Shown here: positions 9,644 to 20,400 of the stretch, piece by piece
How positions within the stretch are numbered: the first letter of the stretch is position 1
Layout of the letters: every line of letters starts with the position of its first letter
NCBI GenBank assembly: GCA_002269645.1
Contig: NIVC01000349.1
Span: forward strand, 310,001-374,000
Origin: Macrostomum lignano
Taxonomy: Eukaryota
Direction of reading: 5' to 3'
DNA length: 64,000 nucleotides
Position numbers and translations under genes: made by a program
The notes under the pieces: generated by a model
What the model was told of the DNA's origin: nothing
Database searches by the model: none
The model's input: the letters and a program-made list of their open reading frames with translations, nothing else

Positions 9644-10074
9644 GATACTCGTACTAGAATTTGTATGCTAAGCAAAGCTATATGTAGTTGTGCCTAAATA
9701 AGAGACTATTTGCTGTGACTAGTTTTTTAGATTTCATCATTCTTATACTCACAATTAGAGCTTGGGGTGGGGTGCTGAAAATAATAAAAGCGCTTTTCAT
9801 GAGTAAGCAACTCACTCACCTTCCTGTTGTAGCCTGTTTGAGTCTGAGGTTTGCGCTTCGGTATATGATGGGTATAATAGAAACCCCGAATTCCCGCGTT
9901 AGTCATTAGACTGTCTGCGACCCTTTGGGGTGATCATGCAAAGTTTTTCCTTTTGTGAGCTGCCTAAGATAGTTAAAACTGTTCCTTTTCTATGGCTCAG
10001 TTTGGGTCAGAGTGTGCCCCTTCGCGCCTGCGGCGCGGCCTGGAGTTACAGTGTGTTTGTGTGTGTTTGAATGT

Positions 10075-10328
10075 AGTAGTATATAAAAAGACGCTTCTAG
10101 ATCAGATCCTATTGAAAATGGAGATTTGGAAGGCTAATAGGGGGGACACGGGGATTTGATTAGAAGTGTTGATGGTGTTTTTGATTTTTGTTGTTATTGG
10201 GGGTATTGGGGATGTTTAATTTTGTTTAATTGTGTTTTTTTATTTCCCCCCGTGTCCCCCCTCTAGCCCTTCAAATTTGCTGTTTAATAGGTGCCTCTGG
10301 GTCTAGAAGCGTCTTTTTATATACTACT
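10075..10328 (-). repeat. Right TIR of the Polinton (imperfect hairpin bounded by a perfect 27-bp inverted repeat)
   Basis: AGTAGTATATAAAAAGACGCTTCTAGA at 10075-10101 and its exact reverse complement at 10302-10328. Confidence 0.95.
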
Positions 10329-13300
10329 CACTAGCATTTCTTTACCAATCAGTTTGCCATCTTCTTCCTTCTGGATCTTAAATACTACTTCAGATATTTG
10401 AGCTATTACTCGGAATGCTGATCGCTTCTTTCTATGAAACTTGTGTGACTCTTCGGCGTCTAGTTGGGGATTGTTAATTAATGCAAGACAGCCTATGGGG
10501 ACTCTCGGGGGAAGCTTATTGGTTTCTGCGGCGGTCTTTCTCTTGTCAACTATCTTTTCCAATTTCTTCTTTACTACTTTGTAGGCTTCTTCCAATCTTT
10601 CGGTGTGTTTAGTAATATATAAGAGGGATAATCAGCGTGTTCGGCTGCGCTTCTGATTTGAGTATCTAAGGGTAGAGTAGCTTCTCGGCCGAATAATAGG
10701 AAATGGGGGGAGAATCCTGTTGTTACATTAGTGCTGGTGCGAACGGCTACTAGGGCTGCGGGAATCAATAGATCCCAATCACCGTGATCCTTATTGATCA
10801 AGCAGGTGATAATTGACTTAACTTGCTTATTAAAGCGTTCAACTAATCCATTAGATTGAGCATGATAGGGGGTGGTAAAGGTGTGGCGAATATTATAAAG
10901 TTCGCAGAAGGCTTTAAATTGTTTGCTGGCGAAAGTTTTTCCATTGTCTGTGTGGATCCAGGTGGGCTGTCCGTATTCTGCTACTATTCGTTCAAGTAGT
11001 ATCTTGATGACCGTATCTGATTTTTGATTTCTAATGGGGAAAGCAAAGGGGTATCTAGTTGTGCTGTCGACTATTGTCAAGACATATTTGTGTCCTCGCT
11101 TACTCTCTTTCGAGATTGGTCCGATTATATATATATGCAGGCGGCTGAATGCTTCGCCAATGGGGAACGACTGAACTGGGGCCTGAAAAAAGTGTCCTTT
11201 CTTGCTTTCAAGGCAGGGGATGCACTCAGCAATTAACTGCTCAACTGAGGTGCTCAGTCCGGGTCGCCAAAATCTTTCTCTGATGCGCTGAATAGTCTTG
11301 TCTCTTCCTAGATGTCCTGCGAGGGGGTTGCAGTGTAGATCGATAAAGACTGCTTTGTCTAGGGATGGGGGCAAAACTACTTAACAGATCGTTATCGATT
11401 TTCATGGCTTCGAAATGTCTACTCGATTTTTCTGGCACGTCCAGTGATTTGGGGAATTGGCTCAGTTTCTGATTCTTGGCTTCTAGCAGAGCTTTAATGA
11501 TGGGGTCAGCAGCTTGGGCTTCTTGAATTTGTTCTTTCTTCAGGGGGCTGGGGAGATAATCGGTTAACAACTTTTCACATTTTCCTGTCTCTTCTTCACT
11601 TTCATCACTGCCTGAGACATTCAGCTTTGTCCTAAATTCGGGACATTCAGTCTGGGTCTCGCTTTCTGTCAGGGCTTCAGGTGACTGGGACATGGGGTTG
11701 TCCTTAGTTTCAGCGGGAGCACTCTCATCTCTCAGGGGAACAGGGGTCAACTTCTCGACTTTCTCAGGGATTGGCTCAGGGTTCTCAGGAATTACTTCAG
11801 ATGCTTCAGGGGCTTCAAGGATTGCTTCAGCAGGCTCAGGGGCTGCTTCAGGGACTTCAGGGTTTGCTTCAGCAAGTTCAGGGGCTGCTTCAGGAGATAC
11901 TTCAGGGGCTTCAGCTATCTCAGCTGGTCTTCGCGACAATCCGTCGGCATTGGAATGCTTTGCGCCGCTTCTGTGTTCAATGTCGAACCTGAATTCATTT
12001 AGGCGCTCTATCCATCTTCCTAGGATTCCGGTTGCTTCTGTCTGTCTCATGAGCCAAATTATTGCTTAATGATCAGTTCGGGCTAAGAATTTCTTGCTGA
12101 TCAGATAAAATCTGAAATGCCTCATAGCGTCGACAAGGGCTAACAATTCTTTCCGAGTAATGGGGTATCGCTTCTCTGATTCTTTCATCGCTCTACTAAA
12201 ATAAGCTATTGGTGGCTCTATGCCATCACTCTGGATTTGGCCAAGGCATGCGCCAATCCTGTCGTCACTGGCATCTGTGTCGAGCACCATCTTCACATTC
12301 TCATCTTCGACATATTCGGGGTATGCTAACACTTCAGTGGATATCATTCGCTGCTTTAGAGCTTCAAAGGCTTCATCATGCAATTTGCTCCACTTAGATC
12401 GGAAATTCTGGACTCCTTTTCGAGTCAATTGGAATAGGGGGTGAGCCACTTTGGCATAATTCTTTACAAATCGGCAATAATAGTTGCATAGGCCAAGAAA
12501 ACTGCGTAATTCTTTTACGTCTTTGGGACGGGGCCAAGTTTAACTCGTGATGGAAAAGATTGCACTTTTTGGGTCTCAACTTTAGACCTGCGGCAATTAG
12601 TCGCTTGAATACTTCTCTCAAGTGCTCTAAATGTTCGGCAAAAGTTTGGGAGTAGGCTATTATATCGTCCATATAGGACATGGCGAACTTATGCTGGACT
12701 CCTAATAGGACTAAATTCATTAGACGTTGGAAGGTTCTGGGGGCATTGGAAAGTCCTTGGGCCATCACTTGGTATTCAAATTGGCCTCTAGTTAGGGTGG
12801 AGAAGGCGGTTCGATGCTTATCTTCTTCTTTGGTGGGGACTTGCCAGTATCCTGAGTTTAAATCAAGGCTGCTAAAATATTGGCTACCAGTTAGGTGGGA
12901 GAAGGTCTTTTGGATATTGAGGAGGGGGTATTTTTTATTAGATGCAGGGGGGTTGTGTGCACCCTGGCGCACTTTAAGCGACATAGGAACACAACCGGCG
13001 AGAGGCATTACTGCCCATTCCGCCGACTCCCCTGAGCAGGCATACAAGCGCGCGGATACGTACGCAGGCACACACTCACACAGGAGTGTACAGCGGCCCT
13101 AACTTTATATTATCGTTAGGCATGTACACTTCACTGCGCCTTGGGGGGTTGGCTCTCAAGGCCGTTAATTGCACGAGCAGAGCCAAGCCGAGATTCCAAT
13201 TTAGCCCCAAATTAATGTGACTGCACTTGGAATCGAGCCTGGGTCGCTGGCACACCAGAGCAGCTGCGCTACCGCTGGGCTACGGCCCCCCTTGGGGAGG

Positions 13301-15330
13301 GGGTAGGGGTAGTAATTAACTCTTGAGTTGAGTACTCGGAAATCGCTGACTATTCTGATGGAACCATCTTTCTTGGGGACAATTACTAGGGGGGTGGAGT
13401 AGGTTGAATAGCGGGGTCTAATTAAGTTTTTAGCTAACATGTCATCTAATTGGGCGTCAACTTGCTTTTGCAAGTGTGGGGGGATGCGTCTAGCTGGGAT
13501 CCTAACGGGGGTGGGGTCTTTAATAGAGATTTCGTGGGTTACTAAGTGTGTCAGGCCCATGTCTAGTTCGTTCTGGGAAAAAGCTTCACGGTTTTCTTTC
13601 ATTAAGTCGATGACTGCTTTTCGCTGTTCATCTGTCATTTCAGGGCCAAGGCTCACTTCATTAATCCATGAGTCTTCTGTACATTGGGTCTGGTTGACTT
13701 CTAATTGTACTGGGGTACCGTCAAATGTACTAATGCTTTTACTAGTTTCTTGAATTTGATCGGCACGGAATAGCTTAGACCAGGTTTAGCGGCTCAGGAA
13801 ATTATTTCTGGCGCCTGTGTCTAGCAGAAAATCAATGGTCTCTTTTTGAATATCACTGACAATAACAGCTTCATAGCCTTCTAGCTTAGTCAGGTCGATT
13901 CGGGATGGGGAATTGGGTTTTGGCTTTCGTCGCTTCCTGGGATATCGCATGAACCATGGGATACATGGGGTGCAAGCGCAGTGGGTACACGGGGTGCGGA
14001 CGCGTGATAAGCAGACTTCGCATTGGTTACATGGGGAGCAGTCGCATGAGCTGTAGTCGCATGGGGGTCATTGTACACTTGGGGGTCATAGGGGCAATTG
14101 GCGTGACATCGTCGATTTCGTCGCAAGCGAGTAATTAGAAATTATTGGGTGAAGTAAATATCGCATTATTTACAGGCATTGGCTGTACATGGGAGGTTTT
14201 GCGGGGATAGCGGAAACCGTACTGGGGAGGTAGCCGGTATTTTGGTTGGGGGCATTTTTGAATGATGGGGAGGCCGGAGAGTAAGCAGAATTTTGGCCTG
14301 AGGGGCGTGGCCTCTTTTCTCTGGCTTCTGGCTTCTCAGTTTCTCGGATTCTGGGGATTGCGGGTGTTGCGGAACTTTAACGGCTCATATCTTGGGTTGG
14401 GAGGCTGACGTTCAGCGTTCCTTCTTGGGGGTTCACGTCTTGGCGGTTGGTTCATCAGCTGGGGCCTGTACTGCTGCTGAGGTTGCGGCCTGTACTGCGG
14501 CTGGGGTGGCTGTCTGTTCAGCTGAGGATTTGGCTGCCTGTACTGCTGAGGGGGTGGCTGCTTGTACTGCTGCTGAGGAAACACCTAAGACGGCGGGGCG
14601 CATTGCGCTGTTTCGGCTAATTGCTTCTGCAGATTCTGGATGAGTTTATCTTGGCGATCAATCTTGGTCTGCTGGTCAATGATCAACTGATCTGTTCTGA
14701 CCTTGTGCTCCTCTTTCTCATCCTTTGTCACTCTAATTCCTCCTTTGTGGGACATCTGGTAAGCAGCTTCAATTCTGCGCAACATTCTACGGGCGGCTTG
14801 GAGACTAGCAGGTTGGGCAAAAATTAGCTTTTCACGGGTGTGGGGAGGGGTTCTTACACCTTTAATAAATTGCTCGACAAGTTCCTCTTCTCTTTGCTTA
14901 GCATCCATGTTCAGGAATGCACGGGAGGCTAATTCTATTAGGGCGTCAGCGAAATTGTCTGTGGATTCGTTTCTACCTTGGCAACGGTTTCGGAACTCTT
15001 CGCGGAATTCGGCGGAGCTTCCTACCTTTCCGAATCTCTATCAGTCTTTCCTTGAATTCCTCATAGGGGAGATTAGCTGGGAGGTTGAGGCGTTGGACTG
15101 CTGCAAACGCAGTGCTTAAATCTAAATTAGTGAGCAATTCCTGCTTTCGATTCTCTTCTTCGATGCCTTCGTTCTCACATCGCTGGTCGAATGCGGTAAG
15201 CCAGATTCTGATGTCTTGGCTGGGGACGTATTTCTGTATTTTCACGTGCTTAAGGGCACCTAGTTCTAATCGATTACGGAGCCCTTCGGCTAAGGGCCAC
15301 CTCCGGGACATGTGTTTTCGCCCCAGAGAG
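10329..15330 (-). mobile_element. Gypsy/Ty3 LTR retrotransposon gag-pol, degenerate; no LTRs found
   Basis: gag (IRIWLTAFDQRC; EEELVEQFIKG), protease (IDFLLDTGA near 13811-13838), RT (TPLVIVPKKDGSIR; LDLNSGYWQV; YMDDII), RNase H (VLDTDASD; KELLALV; RWIERL...HSNADGLSR) and integrase (H...GHLGRDKT...C..C; IHTDNG; SNGLVERFN) in PR-RT-RH-IN order. There are many frameshifts. Confidence 0.95.
12931..13291 (-). mobile_element. tRNA-derived SINE inserted in the Gypsy RT
   Basis: Head GGGGGCCGTAGCCCAGCGGTAGC (A box) and GGCTCGATTCC (B box), A-rich tail AATAAAAAA, and a 14-bp TSD with 1 mismatch (12917-12930, 13292-13305). Removing it restores YPYPLP-NIQKTF. Confidence 0.85.
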
Positions 15331-16968
15331 AGCCACCTTTTTCTCAGTACGGAAGCCCGTCTGGATCTCCTTGGCTGGGAATCCATCAATCCTGGCATCT
15401 ATCTCCTGCTGAATGCCGACCGGTGCCTTGGCGATTTCTCCTGCGAGGAGCATGTGGCCAACTTTGGTGCGGTTTTCACTGGCCCACTTGCCAAGAAATT
15501 TAGGCACTCCGTTGTCGGCAAAAATCTTCTCCAAAGCTGCCTGGTACTCAGTGGACGGCTTGCCCTGCTGGCTGGGCACACCGGAAAACACCTAATCTGC
15601 CATTCTCTTGGCGTTGAACTCACCTGTCAGATTCTTGTCAAGTCCCACCACGATCAGGGAGACTTATTCCACAAAGCCTTTTGCTCCAAGAAGTGTCCCC
15701 TTCAACTCACCGGGAACCGGCAGCAGCTTGCCTGACTTCCTGGACCCTTCTGTTTGAGCTGCAGAAGGGGTAGTAGCTCTGCCTTTAGCAGTTCCGGACG
15801 CAGCAGGCTGACTAGCCGAACTTGACTCAGCGCTCTGAGTGGCATCGTGTGAGGCCTGTGAAGCAGAAGAGGCACTCACATGCGGCTCAGGTGGTGGAGG
15901 AGGAGGCATCAAGGACTGCCTGCGCACTCCAACCAAATCCATTAGCAGGGCGAAATCCAGGTCCACCCCTTCAAGCTGAGTGATGGTCACGGAGTCGAAG
16001 TCCTCAATTATCACATTAGCCCCTAGATCCTCCAGATCTAGAGCCTGATTGACTCCATTTGCGGCCATGACAGCAGCGCAAAATCCAACTACGGCACCCT
16101 GAGCCGTGTTGCCGAATGCGTTTGGACCTCCTCCACCTCCTCCTCCGCCTCCTCCGCCGTTGCCTCCACCTCCTCCGTTAGCACCTCCAGGACCTCCGTC
16201 TCCAGGCGGCGGAGGGGAGGCGGTGGAGCACCACCGGCAGCGCCCCCAGCAGGTGGGGTGCGGAATGTGACGTTGGACAGGGCTCCGTTGGGAATTGTTT
16301 TTGATAAACAGAAACAGCGACTGGTTGACTGTAGTGGCCAGCTGGTGCAAGACATGTTCTTGCGGCAAAGTTGTGCCCGGCAGGTTCTGGTGTGCCTGTA
16401 TGTTCTCGATCTCGTTGATCGCAATGAACGGATTGTTCGCCATAGTTAGCAGCACCTCTTCACCTGCGTTGAAAATGCAGGCGGCAGCCATTATGAACCT
16501 GTGCTGTGACATCAGACCAGGATTGTCGTGTAATGCAGCTGCTCTAGTGTCGTTGAGAGCCGGCCTGACTGCAGCAGGCTGACATGCAATCCATCTCTGC
16601 CAGTTGTTTCGCCCGATGTGCAGACTCCTGGAAAAGTACCCGATCCGGGTCAGTGTGAACCATCCTTGCTCCACGTTCAGATAGTGTGCCTGGCAGTGGT
16701 GTATATAATTGCACACATAGTCGAGCATAAATTTGTTCGACATGGTGATAGCCGCCGCGTTCCCCACTTGACAGAAATTTAAAGCAGCTGCTTGGAAGCT
16801 CAATCTAGCTTCGGTGCGCGCCTCACCAGTGTACCCTTCATCCAGCACAGAAATGTCTGGCACGATACCCTGGTTGAACATGTTCAAGAGCCCTCTAGCC
16901 AACCTCGACCCTCTGCCACCGTTGTTGCGCACCTCGGCAACTGGCAAAAAGTGGCAGCATCCATTTCA
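15274..16968 (-). pseudogene. Orphan ~560-codon ORF immediately upstream of gag (possible endogenised RNA-virus gene)
   Basis: ORFs 15664..16947 and 15274..15591 are in the same frame, separated by two stops (TAA, TAG). An upstream ATG (MDAATF) joins if one T is added to a T5 run. The layout is a folded N-terminal half, a Gly/Pro tract, an acidic stretch, a Ser/Ala linker and a folded C-terminal part. Confidence 0.55.
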
Positions 16969-17283
16969 GCTTTGCTAGTAACTTAATTAGAGAATAAATA
17001 AAGTAATGTTACTATTCTGTAATGTTATCTACGACTTGAACCATACAGGCAAGTTTTTTGTACTTTATTGCTACTGCACCGAATAGTTTGAGAGTTTTTA
17101 ATTTTACTAGTTCTTACCAGATCCTCCACATTGGAGCGCAAAGTCACGCAGCGCGCATGTCTTTTTTCGGCCCGATTGAATATGCAAGGGTTTGAATAAA
17201 ATAAATGGTCATCTACAGTTGCAGCAAGGCTATTTCTATCGCTTGTTTTTCCAGTTAGATGAAGGGAAAAATCAGCCATACAT

Positions 17284-17439
17284 GCGCAACCTTGGGAATC
17301 ACTCGGCCGTTTCTATTGGCAACACACATATGTAAGTCGCTATTGGCTGAGTGCAGTCACGTGACTACTATTCCGCCCAATAGCGACTAACATGTGTGTT
17401 TTGCCAATAGAAACGGCCGGGTGAATCCCTAGGTTGCGC
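17284..17439. repeat. 156-bp imperfect palindrome centred on GTCACGTGAC with four CCAAT/ATTGG boxes
   Basis: The left arm GCGCAACCTTGGGAATCACTCGGCCGTTTCTATTGGC... pairs with the right arm ...GCCAATAGAAACGGCCGGGTGAATCCCTAGGTTGCGC. Confidence 0.85.
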
Positions 17440-17639
17440 CCAAGCATGAAATCAGCGGAATGCCGTGGTTCACCCACTTCGATATTGACAATCTCGCCAC
17501 AGACATCAGGCTTCAACCAGCCTTGTCGGCCGTCACATATGATGCAACGTTCACACGTGACAGGCGCTTGTCCAGGTTGCGCAGTGTAGCAAAACACGAA
17601 GCCTGATTGACGAGGCGGAAAGCTTCCGGCGACGATGTT

Positions 17640-18510
17640 ATCGCCTCCACTTTTGCCAGCCCCTCGAGGTCAGCACAGAGATGGCATTTGTAGCATCAAG
17701 TACTGCACAATCAAGCTGGGACTTATTCAAGCAGCGCTTGATTCGAGTGACAAAGCTGCGATGAAGGGCTCCTGCCAGCTTGCAGATATCGTCTTCGATG
17801 TCCTGTGTAAAAATGCATATTTTAAGGATATAAGTTACATTAATGGAAATATGATTGGATGAATCACTATATTCTACATTTTGCTCACGAAGTCGCCAAT
17901 GGATGGGACCACCAGGACGACGTCGCCTGCCAGGAGTCTGAGGTGAAGCCTGATCATCAGGGGCAACCTGAATGAGCCAACCCTCTAGCAATAGGACGCC
18001 TGCGAATTCGCTATCTGGGCAAATTGAGTCGGCAAACTTGTCGTTGCGAGGATAATCCAGCCTGATTAATTTATTAAACTTCGTCAATTTATTTAACTAT
18101 GTCCATTTTAAAAAGGCGCCTAATTTTGTCTAATGAAATAATATAACTCATATATACATATCAAATTATGAACTCATACGGCTAATAGAAAACTGTGAAA
18201 AACTTAAACAATATTTCATCTCTAAACCAACCTGCAAAAGCGTTCGCCTCGCACATGAAGAAAATCGGCTACAGTCTTCCAAAGGGTGCCAACCTTCAAT
18301 GAGGAAGTTGGCCATCTTGAAGAATACTCATAAATGCTTTGAAAGGTGCCAGAAGGTCTTGCAGACATAAGAGCTCTATGACAAAGTCACTGCCAAACAT
18401 TTCGTACTGAGATGTTTTATTTACTCCGCAGTTCGGATTTTCTTTACGAAACGCGTCGTGTAACTGATCATAGGCGTCTGCGATGACTTCCCACTGTCTC
18501 ATCAAGGAGC
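17640..18510 (-). pseudogene. Probable hAT-like transposase C-terminal fragments
   Basis: DFVIELLCLQDLLAPFKAFMSILQ resembles the hAT FVxxLxxLxDILxxLxxLSxxLQ segment. Further exon-like pieces lie to the left. Confidence 0.35.
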
Positions 18511-18511
18511 T

Positions 18512-19630
18512 CAGTGTAGTAACTGAGCTTTTGGTTGCTTGGGGTTTTGCAGTCTATTCCACAGCTATCACCAGTGAAGTGGCTCTCCTTTGGCGTGCTT
18601 GGGTTATGTGGACTGCTGGTGTCCGAGGCAACCTTGCTAAGCACTCGTAAGTGGGCTGAAACTGGGGAGAATTCTAAAATTAAGGGTAGTGCTGCCACCA
18701 GCGTGGGGACCGTAGGATCCGCGATGAAAGGGTCTGTTTGGGTTCCAAACAGCTAGAATAACTGGTCTCCGAGATTTCAATGTCCAAATGACAGGACTCA
18801 ATGGTAGCAAATGGCCTAAGCAGCGCAGTCCCGGCACTGACATAATGTCCGCGCTTGAGCGTGTCTGAGTTTGACTCTCAGAGGATTCCTAACTCCTACT
18901 AACCTAATAGCTACATCTCGCGCAGATGGGCAGCGAGGAATAGGTATATGCGCCTGCAGCAGCAATAGACTCACAACTGACTAAGTCTAACAACTATTTC
19001 TTCGAATCGCGCACGTGTGCTGCGACTGCACAATCACTCTCACTCTTATATTCGCGCCTGTGTCGCGAATAGATAATCAGCAGAATGGCTTTAGCCAAAT
19101 GATTTCCTGCCAATACGGTAGGCTAGAAAACAGAGCTATAGCACTAGCAATGCTCTACCAAGACCAGCTCAGGAGCTTTGCTTCGCTGTAACCGGCGCTT
19201 GAGAGCTGAACTTAGAGAAAGCTCTCGACAAGTCCCCAGGAGGCGGTTCTGCTGGGAAATTCAGACAAACGGCCTGCATGCATTGATATAAAACGCGGAG
19301 GGTGGAGCGTTTGGGCATTACATGGGTTAACCATAGAACGGCAGCCCGAAGAGTGTGGATAATGATGCACGACAGATATTGATTAAACATGGGGGGAGGA
19401 GTAGCATGAAAATAGCATGCCAAATTTGGGCTTGTGCGCACAAGGCTGCACAAGGGGAGGGTTCGGCTCGGGACACGGGGTGCGCGAAGTCCTCAGTCTA
19501 AAAATAGAATGACGTATGGGGAGAGGCTCGGACGCAGGAGGAACGAGAGAGCAAGAGGGGGAAGGGTAGTTTGTCTAAAGCGCCGACAGTCGTCTCAAGC
19601 CACTAGTGAAAATAGCATGCCCAAATTGGG
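18512..19630 (-). mobile_element. 5' UTR plus ORF1 N-terminus of a LINE related to the 38-45 kb element (3'-truncated)
   Basis: Colinear similarity to 44190-45312, with synonymous differences in the frame LDIEISE...VAALPLIL.FSPVSA...QKLSYYT. Confidence 0.75.
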
Positions 19631-20249
19631 CTTTTTTGTATTTTTTGAAAGCCAGCAAATTAATTTTTATGCCATGTTGTAAAAAAAATAACAAATATGC
19701 TCTGAGACCCTGACATTCCGTCGTTCAAACAACTAAGAAAGAGTGAAGAGGAAGAGAAGGAATTATACTAGATCGTGCCGCTGCTCATCAAAGTTTTGCA
19801 GCTCGTATTGATACTCTTAAAGTACTATCCTAACTGGGAGTCTTGTCCAGATTGATTGGCCTAATGTTCTAGTGAGTACTCCTGTCCTAATATCCCACCG
19901 AATTGTCACCAAGTTGTTACAGACGTGTTGCCTCTTTCCTACAAAATCCTACTAAATGTCTGCTTTAAATAGCGTTGGCTGCCCTAAACTATGGCCTTTC
20001 TTAGAAATTTCTAATTTCACACGATTTCTTAGAAACCTTGTGATAGCGTGTAGTGCCCGAGCGGTAAGACACTGTCTAATTCCCTAGTTCAGTCCGAAAG
20101 TCTAGCGTTTTCCGGGGATCAAGGGTGTCCAGCGGTGACTAATTTGTTCTCCTAATGCCTAATCTCTTTAGCGCCTATTGTCTATCGTAGCCTGTACGGC
20201 TTTCTTAGGGTCTGTACGCCCTCGAGATTCTCCTTCTGGCCTCTATCCT

Positions 20250-20400
20250 GGGTCTTCACGACCTCTGGTTTCCCTATTCAGATCCCTAGTTTGGATCTCC
20301 ACGACCTCAAGTTCCCTATTCAGATCCCTAGTTTGGGTCTCCACGACCTCAAGTTTCCTTAGTCGGATCCCTAGTTCTTGGTCTCCACGACCTCAAGTTT
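20250..20400. repeat. ~40-bp tandem repeat (GATCCCTAGT...CTCCACGACCTCAAGTT) x3-4
   Basis: Directly visible. The minus strand reads as ELEVVE(I/T)QTRDLNR repeats, possibly a decayed coiled-coil gag/ORF1. Confidence 0.7.

Larger units (their letters stand above)
2303..10328. mobile_element. Polinton/Maverick (adintovirus-like) element, 8.0 kb, non-autonomous/deleted form
   Basis: Termini are AGTAGTATAT...ATATACTACT, with ~245-bp TIRs and a perfect 6-bp TSD CACTAG (2297-2302, 10329-10334). It encodes a Polinton-type integrase and a parvovirus-like PLA2. No pPolB, capsid, ATPase or protease is recognisable. Confidence 0.92.
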
